In this document: positions 13,271-25,029 of the stretch, in pieces
How positions within the stretch are numbered: the first letter of the stretch is position 1
Layout: each line of letters starts with the position of its first letter
From: Callorhinchus milii
Lineage: Eukaryota
Direction of reading: 5' to 3'
Assembly: GCF_018977255.1 (NCBI RefSeq)
Contig: NW_024704743.1
Coordinates: forward strand, 80,106,001-80,170,000
DNA length: 64,000 nt
Program-made: the position numbers and the translations under genes
The notes under the pieces: generated by a model
Database searches by the model: none
What the model was told of the DNA's origin: nothing
What the model saw: only the letters and a program-made list of their open reading frames with translations

Positions 13271-14417
13271 CACCCTCAGATGAGAGATGGGAAGGCGGAC
13301 TTTGACTTGCTACATCGTATTCCAATGGTGTGGCGTAACTGGCTGTTCGAGGGAGGTGTGTGGAGTCCTGAACATGTCTCTCCCCTAGTGAAGGATCTCA
13401 TATTCATGATGATAGCTCTGCTGAGATGGGGAATTTACAGTGAGGAACCGGAGGCACTTTGTGCTGTGATGTGGGCACACACTGGGGCCACAGGGCAGCC
13501 ACTTCACAGACACTCCAAGTATAGCAATGAGAGGGGCACCATTACTTTGGCTGCAATGTAAGACAAATATGAGAACTGATGCGGTGTGTTTTAATTCAGC
13601 TGCTGAGTCCGTGAAAATCAAGTGGGCAGCCACAGCAGAAATGAGATAAAAGCATTGGGATTGAGGACAGCTGTTGCTCTGAATGAATCCAAATTTACAG
13701 CTAAAAGGAAATGTGTTTTTTCTCCCTGCGATTCAGAATTACACAATCTTCCAGTCTAGATTTTTGTTTAAAAGTTATTTTGTATTTATTTCAAGTCTGG
13801 CAGCACCACATGCCATTCCTCTGATGAGAGAGAGAGAGAGAAAAAAAGGGAGAAGAGGGTTGGGCCAGTAAGCCGTTGAGAAGTGACTGGAAAGAGCATG
13901 GGAGTCACCTGGGGCTAATAATCTTTCAATCTCCCTTCTTTCCTGAGAAGAAGAACTGACTTCTTTGCGGACATGAACCTGAGGCTTATTGTTCTGTGGT
14001 ACACCACAACAGAGACCGCAACCCACCCTTATGTCTTGTTTTAAGAGCATTTACAGTTTATTCATCATCTGTACTTTTAATTATTAAATTACCAAAGATA
14101 TCATTAGGACGATCTTCAAATAGAGGATCGTTGGCCAAGATCCTGGTTGAACTCCCTTCTCTTTTCCAATGGTGCTTGCAAAATCTTTAACGTCATCTGA
14201 ACAGGCAGACAGGACCTCTGTTTAATGTCTCATCTGAACTACAACCTGCTACCACAGTAACAAATTACTTGATAAATACCCTTACCTCACCTTGCCGGTT
14301 CACAGTTATTCTGCTCTGCAGGAAAATCTCATTACTAGAGCCCTCAGATGATTACGAGCTTCTAATATTCTTTGCTGGCTTTGCATCCCAGCTTCGCTTC
14401 AGCATTGGTGCTCTCTT

Positions 14418-14830
14418 GGTGTTGGACTAGCTCAGTACTCTTGCCACTGTCCCAGCACGTTGTGATTTCAAGCCGCACATTGGGACTTTGAGTTCGCCAG
14501 CAGTTCAGCCAGATAATGCAGTGTCATGCTAGGGGAAAGCTGCATTGTCAGAGGTGGTGTTTTTCAGATGAAACTTTAAACTGAGGTCCTGCCTGTCCAG
14601 ATGGATGTTCAAGATTTCATGACACTATTCGAAAAGAGGAGCGAGTTTAAATTAGTGTTCTGGCCAACAGCCCTCTAGATAAATTGGGGTCATTTAATTC
14701 ATAGCTTTTTGTTAGAGATTACTGTGCGTAAATCATCTGAATACCAATACATTAAACTTTACAGAAAACTAAAATGCTTTGAGACATTTTGACTTGATAA
14801 GACACCATATTAAATGCAAGGATTATTAAT
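14418..14830 (+). mobile_element. Deu-domain SINE
   Basis: Head, Deu core and AAATGCAAGGATTATT tail. Confidence 0.8.
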
Positions 14831-15409
14831 GTTAACAACAACAATTTGCACTTGGCAATTTCATGTAGGAGAACATCTTAAAGAGTCAGATTGCATATCT
14901 ATTATCCACACAATACAGGAAAATGGATCACCTTGGTGCTTTAACGGATGGTGCTTAGTGTTTGGACAGGAACCATATTGATGGATGATCCACTCCATGT
15001 TTTGTATTGATGCTAACAGTTTGATCAAGGGTTTCTGTGATGAAACCAGAGTAGGAAAGGGAGAGTAGTTGGCTCCAACCAGTCACTGCACACTTGGTTC
15101 TGTGAGAGACTGTAATATCTTTGAATTGTTCTTAACCATGTGCATGCCTTGTGTCTTTCTTTGCAACAAATGGAAGGAAGAAAAGGTTAGAATAGGGTTG
15201 CTCCCAGCCGTATGTTTTTATGAAATGCTTCCCCCTTCCCCCGAGGCTTTGAGCTCAATGCTCCATATTATTGCACTTGAGGGATCCCAATCAGGAGGAG
15301 GTGGTTCCCTCGCACAGACTCCTATGCGTGAAATAATACACAGCAGCAGGCAGGCTCTGATTTGAAATTCACACACTTCACTGTTCTTGATTGAAGTGCC
15401 AGATTACAA

Positions 15410-17095
15410 CAGTAACTTGCGCTTATGTAGCACAATTCATAGCAGGTGACCATTCTTGAAGCAATTTACAGAGGTGATGGGGATCACCGAATGGGGAGGG
15501 AAGGAGGGGGAGTTGGAGCAATTGGCCAAAACCATCATGACGAAAGAGATGGTTTTGAATGCAGGGAGAAAGGAGGGTAGGATGGTAGGGGGTTAGGAGG
15601 TCGCCGGGTAGGTGGTAGCAAGACCATGGAGGGCTTTGAAGGTGAGGACCAGGATCTTAAACTGTGTTCTCTGTGTGTTTGGAAGCCAGTGGAGTCGGGT
15701 GAGGATAGGAGTGATAAGATCACAGAGCCTGGTGCGGGAGAGGACACGGGCTGCAGAGTTCTGGATGATCTGCAGCCTATGGAGGGAGGAGTTGTGGAGG
15801 CCGACAAGCAAGGAATTTGCATAGTCAATCCTCAATGTAATGAAGGCGCATGAGGGCCTGCGGTGTGAGACAGTGGCAGAGCCGGGCGATGTTGCGGAGG
15901 TCGGAGAAGGCAGAGCGTATCATGGCATGGATATGGGGTAGAAAGGATAGTTGAGGGTCAAAGAAGACCCCAAAGTTCCGGACTGGCTTAACAAAATGGA
16001 GTGTGCAACCATGGACAATGATGCTGTCAGCGTCTGAGGCGTCGGGGCGCTGACGGGAGCCAATCAGGAGAGCCTTAGTCTTGTAGACGTTCAACTGAAG
16101 AGAGTTAGCTCTCATCCAGGACTTGATGTCTGACAGACATTCTGTCAGGATAGCAGTGATCCTGGAGTCAAGGGTGGAGGCGGAGAGATAAAGTTGGGTG
16201 TCATCCGCGTACATGTGGAAGTTGACCCCATGTCTACGGATGATGTCACCAAGAGGGACCATATAGATATTTAAGAGGAGGGGACCAAGGACAGAGCCCT
16301 GAGGAATGCCGCACAAGACGGTGTGGGAGCTAGAGGAGAAACTGTTTGTGGAATTGAAATGGAGGTGGTGTGAGAGGTACGACCTGAACCAGTCAAGGAC
16401 AAGAGCCATGAAGGTTGAAATGAGAGGAGAGGCGGTGGATAAGGAAAGAGTGGTCAACTGTGTCAAAGGCAGCAGAGAGGTCAAGGAGGAAACCTGATTG
16501 GAGGGGTTCATGAAGGGAGTGGCAGTAGAGGAAGGAGCGAAGCTTGGAAGCAACAATTCGTTCCAGTACCTTGGAGAGGAAAGGGACGTTGGAGATGGGG
16601 TGGTAATTTTAGAGTAGAGATGTGTCCAAGGAAGATTTTCTCAGGATAGGAGTGATGATGTCCGTTTTTAATGGGGTGGGTATGGTACTAGTGGACAGGG
16701 AGAGGTTTATGATGTCTGTGAGTAGAGGGGCAAAGAGATGGAGCTGGGATGTAAGGAATGGGGTCGAGGGAGCAGATGGTCAGTTTGATGCGGGTTATAA
16801 TGGTAGTGAGAGAGGAGTGGGAGACAATTTCGAAGGTGTGGAGGGAGGGATGGTTAGGGGTTGGGGTGGGAGGGGGAGATGGGGAGGGTGTAGTAGATGG
16901 AAGGGCAGAGGCAGCTGAGCGGATCCCCTCGACTTTGGATTCGAGGAAATCCAGCATTGCCTCGCAGTTGGCATTGGAGGTGGGGATGGGTGCGGCGTGA
17001 GAGGGGGTTAGAAGGTCGCAAAGTAGGAGGGAACAATGGAGGGCTTCGAAGGTGAGGGCCAGGTGATGGCAGCAGGGGCAGACCAAAGAGAGACA
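15410..17095 (-). mobile_element. L2 LINE, 3' portion with decayed reverse transcriptase
   Basis: ORF 15825-16556 contains GIPQGSVLGPLLLNIYM...[11 protein letters not shown]; downstream SRIDYANSLL...HWLP...FKILVLTFKALHG-type L2 C-terminus; frameshifted. Confidence 0.95.
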
Positions 17096-17099
17096 AGGT

Positions 17100-17530
17100 G
17101 TGTCTGGGACCCAGATGATGTGCTAATGGTCACTGAAGAGGGGGAAGATAAGCTGCTATGGAAGATGGGAGCTGTTCTTATGGTCTGAAGTGGTTGAAAT
17201 CAGTAGTGAGGCCAGAGGGCTCTAAGGGCCCCAGCAAATAGATGAGGTGCTGTTCCTTGAGCTTGCGCTGTGCTTCGTTGGAACAGTGTAAGAGACCATG
17301 GATGGAAAGTTCTGAGTGCGAGTGTGAGGGAGAGTTGAAGTGGCAAGAAACCGGAAGCTCAGTGGTGGCTTGTGGACAGAATGGAGGTGATCGGAGAATG
17401 GAAATCGATCACCCAATCTATGTTTGGTCTCCCAATGTAGAGGAGGCCACATCATGAGCACCGAACACAATATACTACATTGGTGGTAATACACGTAAAT
17501 CGCTGTCTCTCTTGAAAACTGTGTTTTGGG
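17100..17530 (-). mobile_element. Penelope-like element, GIY-YIG endonuclease C-terminus
   Basis: Translation PKHSFQERQRFTCITTNVVYCVRCS*CGLLYIG/ETKHRLGDRF...CHFNSPSHSHSELSIHGLLHCSNEAQRKLKEQHLIYLLG. Confidence 0.9.
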
Positions 17531-19189
17531 TTAACTTGCATGAATTGCCTTTCGAAAAAAAAACATATTAATGTGCTTGATAAACGTAGTGGTGCATACT
17601 GAGCAGGGAAATGAGAAAATTAAAACAGGTTGACCAAAGATAAAGGCAAAACATGTGTTTTCAGAAGACTTTTGAAGGCAGGGAGAGAAATAGGCAAGAT
17701 GGGTTGGAAGAAAGTTCCAGAGGACAAGGGCACAGAAGATGAACTTTTAGTCATCAAACAATAGATTAGAATTGAAAGAATGAGCTGGAATATAGATTTG
17801 GAGAACAAAGTAGTAGGTAGGATGGAGGTAATTGACGATTACAGTGATTTTAAACTTGAAAACCATGGTCTCCTATGATCCACAAACATCATGAAGTGAA
17901 ATGGCCATTTTGTTCTGGAGGATTGTTGGATCTCAACTTGTAAAGAGGTCTGCCTTCAGGGAGGGCGGGCTACAGCCTACACTGATCTGTTCACAGCAAA
18001 TATATCTATTTGCCAAAGCCCTAGCATGAAGACTTAGAATAAGCAGCTGGTGCCGACTAAGTCTGGTACATGACATTGGACCTCTAGAACAAGAAGATGG
18101 CTATCATGTCACAAGGTGTCCTGTAAAGTTTCTTCAACCACACGGAAGGCAGATGTATGCCAAATAGCTGATGAGGAAACTCTGAGGCTTGGAGCGACAG
18201 CTGCTGAAAGGCATTATCTGGAGTCTGAGTTTGTGAACATGCGTTTATACAACCTGCACTTGGAATCCACCTACATTCTTGTCTTAATTGGCTTTTAGCA
18301 CCTCAAAGGGTTAAGTTTAAAATCACTGTCCAGCTCGGTGATCCACATCTTCTTGCCAAAGTGCTTTGAGATGACATACAAGTGCTTCTGCTAAGTATCC
18401 ATTCTTCCTCCCTAGACAGTGAGTGTCAGCAGATTGTTTGATAGCAGCAATATCATAGTGCAGATCAATCCTCATTTGTTTCCCCTTCCTAATGGTTCTG
18501 GAGAAAATCAAACCCATGGTGAAATTGAATGGGAAGATGGTAATGTAATGATGCAACATCACTTCAACAGCAATGGTAGGAACAGCTATTACAATGTCGC
18601 AGGAACAGACAGCATACTGAGCATTATTCTGGAGCAGGCTTGACAGTCTGAGTGGTCTACTCCTGAGTGGTCTACTCCTGATCCTGTATTCTTATGAGCC
18701 AAGGCTTAGAGATCAAAATAGCTCCTTTTGTTGGCCAGTGAACAAAAGTCTGACACGCAAAAATCCATCACCGTGTTTAAGAGTATTTATATGCATATGT
18801 CACCTACACTGGAGATTTCCCTGTCTGGGATGGAATATGTACTTTCTCTCACCAACACTCCACCTTTGGGAGAGGAGATTGGGAGTAAATGAATGGTGGA
18901 GAGAGCGGGATATAAAAATGGTGTGGGGCATTGTTTTGTGATCACATGTGGGTTGAATGCATGTTCATGACCATGAATCTGTATGTGATGAATTCCAATT
19001 CTTGACAGGGCTTTCAGAGGAGGTATAAGCCAAAGCAAGGTGTATCCCCAGCAAAGCTGACAGAACATGTTTGCACATGCTCTCGCCTGAGGGACGGTAA
19101 TGAGAATAATAATTTTAATAACAGTGCCATAACATATCACCGAATATTTTGAAACGATTCAGAACATTTCGTTTAATGTAAAGTTCAGT

Positions 19190-19400
19190 GACCCTGGGAG
19201 GAACACCTTTCTCTTTTTGAAGTCCATCTCAACAGACAGACAGGATCAGTTTAACATCTCATTCAAAGGTTGGCATCCCCAACAATGCAGCGTTCTACCA
19301 ACATTAAATTGGAAGGTCAGCCTAAATCATGAGCTCTAAGTCCTGACATGGGGCTTGAACCCTGATTCAGAGGCGAGAGTGCTACCAACTGAGCCTGACA
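19190..19400 (-). mobile_element. Deu-domain SINE fragment
   Basis: GTTTAACATCTCATTCAAAGG...GGGGCTTGAACCCTGATTCAGAGGCGAGAGTGCTACCAACTGAGCC. Confidence 0.78.
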
Positions 19401-20514
19401 GAAAGTGATACATCATTCTACAACAGGGAATCAAAGACAGAAAAAGTGTTATGTTCCATTATGCGCAATGAAGTAAACTTCCAATTAAATCCTTGACTTG
19501 ATGGGTAAATTAATGGAAACTATTACACACCCAGTGACACTCAGAAAGAAGCACCTCTTTCTGAGAAGTAATGAATCCTTTCTGGAACTAATAGGAATCC
19601 CTTAAATTAACTTCTGTTCAATTATTTCCAGAGTGTGCCAACCACAAATTGTATTTGCAATGTGTCTCCAAAACAATGGGGTGAAAAATGGGCTGTGATA
19701 ATCACATCACACCGTTACACCCTGGTTTTCTCTCACTCAGGTTTGCGTCTCTCTCTGAATGTAGCACTCCAGTTTCAGGGACAATAAGTGCAAGTACAAG
19801 TACAAGGCGATCTTTAGAAATGCTTTAAAGAGTATTTATGTTATTATTTCAATAAATAATTCTGCCTATGCTTTTGGTAGTTATAACAAAATAAATTGTT
19901 CGGTCACGTATTTTTACCAATGTCCTTCCGTTGAAATGAGTTTGCATATCATTTCACAATTACAAAACGACATGACTTTAAGCTTGTATGAAATTTAAAT
20001 TCTTAAGACTTCTATGCTAGGGTGATATGAGAATGCTTTAATGCATTGTAAGCCTGTTAATTGATGGGCTAAGAAGTGCGGTGACATCTCGTCTAGACAC
20101 ACTGAAGAAAGAATCCATTTCATGAATAACAATTGCTAGGTTTCTGAACACAGCCCTGGTAAATTTAATTATTCCTAAAGATTAGTTGTCTATCAAAAAA
20201 CATGTCCAAAGGTTAATACCATTATTATTATGTCAAGTAACCTTGAAATTTCATGTACAGGTTTTATAAACTGCATCTGTCAGCACAGTTTGCCAATGTT
20301 CACCTGATTCTGGCTTGAAACACAGCCAGTGAGTAACACCTGCTTGAAGGTTATATGAAACTCCATAGAGAATGTCTATTAGGCATGCCAGCTTTGCAAA
20401 TGTGATGGAAACAGAAGATTACTGATGGTACAATTCAACAACATTTAACCAAGTAGTTCAATAATAATAAAAATATCCAGAATGTCATGGAGCCCAACTA
20501 TCCCATTTATTTTC

Positions 20515-20615
20515 AAAACGCAAAATACTGCAGATGCTGGAAATCTGAAATAAAAATAGGAGTCGCTGGGAACACTCAGCAGGTCAGGCAACATCTATAG
20601 AGAAAGGAAAGTGAG
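20515..20615 (-). mobile_element. Penelope terminal-repeat remnant
   Basis: CAAAATACTGCAGATGCTGGAAATCTGAAATAAAA...ACTCAGCAGGTCAGGCAACATCT resembles the recalled chondrichthyan Penelope terminus. Confidence 0.65.
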
Positions 20616-21139
20616 TCCAATATTAGGGGATATAGAGGCATGAATAATAATGTTTGCTTTGATTCAGCACATTATCAAATTTTCAAGATGTCTCAAACCA
20701 CTGTACAGGAATCACTGTAACATGTAGTGATTGTGTATTTACAGGTGAACTTGGCTGCCAATTTGTGCACAGTATGTACAACATAAAAGAACCAGAACAA
20801 ATTGCATCGATGCCCTTCATGCAGGATAGCATCTCAGAGTACTGGACAATGGTGTAGTTTGACACTGAGTCGAGGAGAAAGGGGAGGTGATCGTAGACAT
20901 GGTTGAAGAGAAAGGTCTTTAGGTGCGATCTGAAGACTTACAAAGGGGGAGGGCAAGGTTGATGGATTGTAGCTAGAAGTTCCAGAGGTTCAAGGCATAA
21001 TGGCTGAAAGCATGATCCCCAATGGTGGATGGAATGGAGGGATCAAGGGACACACAGGAGGGCTGAGTCAGCTGAACAAAGGAGGCAGGTAGAGGAGTGG
21101 GGTGTGTGAGTAGTTTGGAGAGATAGGGAGGTGCTAGGA

Positions 21140-21785
21140 AAAACAACCATGAAGTGAGTAATCAATTTTATCTGGGGGTTATTGACTAGGACATCAGGAG
21201 AAATTCCCTTCTCTTTTCAAATAGTGCTATGGGATTTGTAATGCCCACTTGAACAGGGAGACAAGACTTTGGTATAATGTTTCATCTGCAGGATGAATCG
21301 TCCAACAATCAAGTGCCCCCTCAGCACCATTCCTCTGCACCCCCGTACCTCTCTGACCTCTCTCCTCACAACAGTGCCCATTGCCTTTGCTCCACCAAGA
21401 CTGGCCTCCTCCTTGTCCCCCGAGTCCTCCACCATCGGCGGCCGTGCCTTCAGCCACTACACCCCGAGGCTCTGGAACTCCCTTCCTCACTCCCTTTGCC
21501 TTGCCCCCTCTCTTCCCACTGTCAGGTAGCGGCTGAAGACCTTTCTTTTCGACCCCACCTTTGGTCAACTTCCTCCCCTTCCCGCTGGATCAGTCCCGGA
21601 ATCCATTACTGTGAAGCGCTCTGAGACGCCTTCCGGCATGGAGGGCGCTATATAAATCCAAGTTGTTGTCGCACTGCATTATATTGTCAATATAGAATTT
21701 AAGTTCAAAGCTTTGACATGAAACTTTATCCCACAAGCTTCTCACTCAAAGGCAAGAGTGTTACCAACTGAGCTAAACTAACAAC
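21140..21785 (-). mobile_element. Deu-domain SINE split by an L2 fragment
   Basis: Deu core breaks at ...CCTCAGCAC (21327) and resumes GCACTGCATT (21671). Confidence 0.78.
21328..21670 (+). mobile_element. L2 3' fragment with GCAC target-site duplication
   Basis: TIGGRAFSHYTPRLWNSLP frame; tail GCGCTATATAAATCCAAGTTGTTG; GCAC at 21324-21327 and 21671-21674. Confidence 0.9.
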
Positions 21786-21899
21786 CGCTAAATTAGATGA
21801 GTTCAGATCCCCAGATATTATGCTCGACTCGTACAATACTCTGGAGAACAGGGAACAACTCTGCCTTTTCCAGATTGCCAAAGCTATGAAGGCAAGGAA

Positions 21900-22373
21900 G
21901 AGGATAATAATTTTTAGGGGTCAGTTGGGTGTATGACACATGCGGAAACCCATCACTATGCTTAAGAGTATCCAAACAAAGTTGAGAGTTCTATGCATCC
22001 CGTTTATGCATGGAAATTCCAGAGATGTTTAATGGAATGCGCACTCTCTCCCTGGAGAGATGCATCCTGCTTACCTAATTCCAGAAAATATTTGGTGCAG
22101 GTTGGTAAGAGCCAAGGCTTGAGGACCCTAGAATGTGGGTTAGGGTACTGCTGGAGTCTAACTAGCTAAAACCACATAGCTTACCATTGAGAGCACTACC
22201 TGGAAGCTTCCCTACTGCTTGTCCAGCTAGGACCACCCTACCCATTAAGACTTTGGCTTGCAGCATTAACGGGAGCTGAGTGGGAAAAGTTCCACCTCCA
22301 GTGACTGGTCTGCCTTTTCAAGTGCTGACAATGAGCCAGGCTGGCTATATTGTCATCAGCCATGCCCTGGGAG
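21900..22373 (-). mobile_element. Unclassified repeat family X, longest uninterrupted copy
   Basis: Colinear with 31098-31362, 28345-28663 and 8628-8860, and with the reverse complement of 12800-13270 and 35180-35243. Confidence 0.85.
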
Positions 22374-22571
22374 TGTAATAAAGCTGATCTCAATCGTTAA
22401 AGGAATGAGCTGTGAAGAACGCTTGGAAAAGCTAGGGACACCTCAAAAAGAGCTGTCTCGTAGGAGCCCTTATAGCAATTATGCAAGGTTTCATGGGATA
22501 GAGACGATGGAGACAGGAAATGTGGACAATACTTTCAGATTATGTCAACTCTGCAAGACAAGATGTCAATA

Positions 22572-22780
22572 CATGACTCACTATTTACAGCAATGAGTGG
22601 CTCATTGTTTACAGCAATATTTGACACATTATTTAAAGCAATGCATGCGCCATTGTTTACAATAATACACAACTCCCTATTTAAAGCAATGTAGAACTTA
22701 GTATTTACAGCAATTCACAACTTAATGTTTACAGCAATGTGTTATTTATTGCAATCCATGACCCACTATTCATAGTAAGG
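22572..22780. repeat. Degenerate 24-bp minisatellite, about 9 units
   Basis: Units start at 22572, 22596, 22620, 22644, 22668, 22692 and 22716, followed by two degenerate units; conserved core TRTTTAMAGCAAT. Confidence 0.9.
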
Positions 22781-22904
22781 AAAAATTGGAATTCCTGGGA
22801 TTGCCTGGCAATATTTAAAACAGGTTTGGATCACAATTATTAGGCTAGTTGATAATTATCACTGGTGACAGTGATCGCATTCAATGTCAAATTTTTCACC
22901 CTAA

Positions 22905-24157
22905 AACAATTACATTTCTATAGTGCCTTTCACGTTGGTAGGACGTCCCAAGGCACTGGACAGACAGAGTTTCAGACCTGAGCTGGGGATTGGGGTCGGG
23001 GAGGGTGGAGGGCAGGGGGAAAGCAGGGAGATTGAAAGCACTGTCGAAGAGGGGGGTCTTGAGATGGGTCTTGAAGGAGGCAAGGGAGGGGGCGAAGTTG
23101 AGGGACTGCAGGATGGAGTTTCAGAGGGTGGGGCAGAGTGGCAGAAGGCCTGCCCGCCAATATTGGGGCGAGCGAAGCGGCGGACGTGAAGCAGGCCGGA
23201 GCCGCTGAGCTCAAGAAGTGAGCAGGATTGTAATGGATGGTAATGGGGGTTAGGAGGTCGCAGAGGTAGGGGGGAGCAAGACCATGGAGGGCTTTGAAGG
23301 TGACGACCAGGATCTTGAACTGTATCCTCTGTGTGATGGGAAGCCAGTGGAGTTGCGCGAGGATGGGGGTGATAGGATCACGGAGCCGAGTGGGGGAGAG
23401 GACACAGGCTGCAGAGTTCTGGATGATCTGCAGCCTATCAAGGGAGGAGTTGTGGAGGCCGACAAGCCTCGATGTAATGAAAGCATGTATGAGGGTTTCG
23501 GCGGCCTGCGGTGTGAAACAGTGTCAGAGCCGGGCGATGTTGTGCAGGTGGGTGAAGACAGAGCGGGTCATGGAGCAGATGTCGGGTAGAAAGGATAGTT
23601 GAGGGTCAAAAAAAAGATGCCAAGGTTCCGGACTGGCTGAGTAAGGTGGAGTGTGCAACTATGGATGGTGATGCTGTCAGCGCCTGAGGTGAGGAGACGC
23701 TGACGGGAGCCAATCAGGAGAGCCTCGGTCTTGTTGACGTTCAGCTAAAGAAAGTTAGCTCTCATCCAGGACTTGATGTCTGACAGACATTCTGTCAGGA
23801 TAGCAGTCAAGGGTGGAGGCAGAGAGATAGAATTAGGTGTCATCCGCATACATGTGGAAGTTGACCCCATGTCTGCGGATGATGTCACCAAGAGGGAGCA
23901 TTATAGATATTGAAGAGGAGGGACGAAGGACAGAGACCTGAGGAACGCCGCACGAGATGGTATGGGGGCTAGAAGAGAAGCCGTTTGTAGATATGAAGCG
24001 GAGGCGATGTGAGAGGTACGGCCTGAACCAGTCAAGGACAGAGGTGAGGTTGAGCTTGAGGTGAGAGGAAAGGCGGTGGATGAGGATAGAGTGGTCGAAA
24101 GTGTTGAAGGCAGCAGAAAGGTCAAGGAGGACGAGGAGTCAGAGGGACCCCTGGTTG
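22905..24157 (-). mobile_element. L2 LINE, 3' portion
   Basis: GTCATCCGCATACATGTGGAAG (antisense of FHMYADD) near 23840; L2 tail at 22905. Confidence 0.95.
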
Positions 24158-25029
24158 CTCAAAACTCAAAGACTTCCCAATGACTAACTTCTGTACTCGA
24201 ATTAAAACATGTAGTCTGTTTCCACTTGTTTTCACTTTCCACTTATTTAACACCTGTAATTGAAAGAGGGACTGAAACCTTTTCACAAAGTATTAATTTT
24301 ATTCATTTGCAAGTGCTTTATTCCCTCAAGCAAGTAAGCTAGACTGAAAGATGGAAGGGAATGCTGTTTGTGGAATATTGCTGTGAGCAAATTAGCTGCG
24401 GCATTTGGCTACAAATACACAGTCAAAAAACTTTAGAGTAAAGTGAAGTGCTTTGAGATGTCTCGACAACATGATAAGGTGCTATATTAAATGCAAGTAT
24501 TATTATTCTTATATTAAAACATATACTGATTAGAATTTTTCAGAATTTTTCACTTGCTCTACTGTTTCTTCTCAGCATTTTTCTCTGTATGATTTCCTAT
24601 GAATTCTACAGCGCATTCATGTCAAGAAAATATATTGAAACAATAACCAGCCCATTGGTATGTCCACAACTGTATTCAAACATCATGAGTTTGGATGAAT
24701 GCCAAACGCCTCCTTGCTTGTCCTTGCAACAAACTCTGGTATCTTTAAGCATTATAGTTTGGTTTATTGTCTGTCTTTGGTCCCATCTGGTAGAAACAAA
24801 GTAACTTTTGCATTGGTAAATTAAACTGTTCATTTGCTAGTCACCCCCTCGCATACAAATCTTAATAAGTCTTACTCTCCTCATCAGTTAGCTGTGTTTG
24901 GCCTTGCATATATCCCTTTTGGTTTGCAAACACATAAATTGTAGGCAAAGCTCAGATATGAGGTAGTCAAATCTGCTCTCACGTCCAAAACGTCCTAGAA
25001 CAATAGTTTCGCTGGATTTCATATTAATC

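Noticed and set aside
13629..13640. GCCACAGCAGAA resembling the start of the CPEB3 HDV-like ribozyme
   Set aside because: The downstream sequence does not match and I cannot build the nested pseudoknot
15825..16556. 243-aa ORF with an RT YADD motif (also the L2-derived ORFs 42592-43326, 40857-41522 and 59246-59938)
   Set aside because: Frameshifted, 5'-truncated L2 fragments or chimeric read-through; no intact or domesticated RT gene
22572..22780. CRISPR-like alternation of conserved and variable segments
   Set aside because: The period is only 24 bp, the variable parts are homologous to each other, there are no cas genes, and the context is eukaryotic
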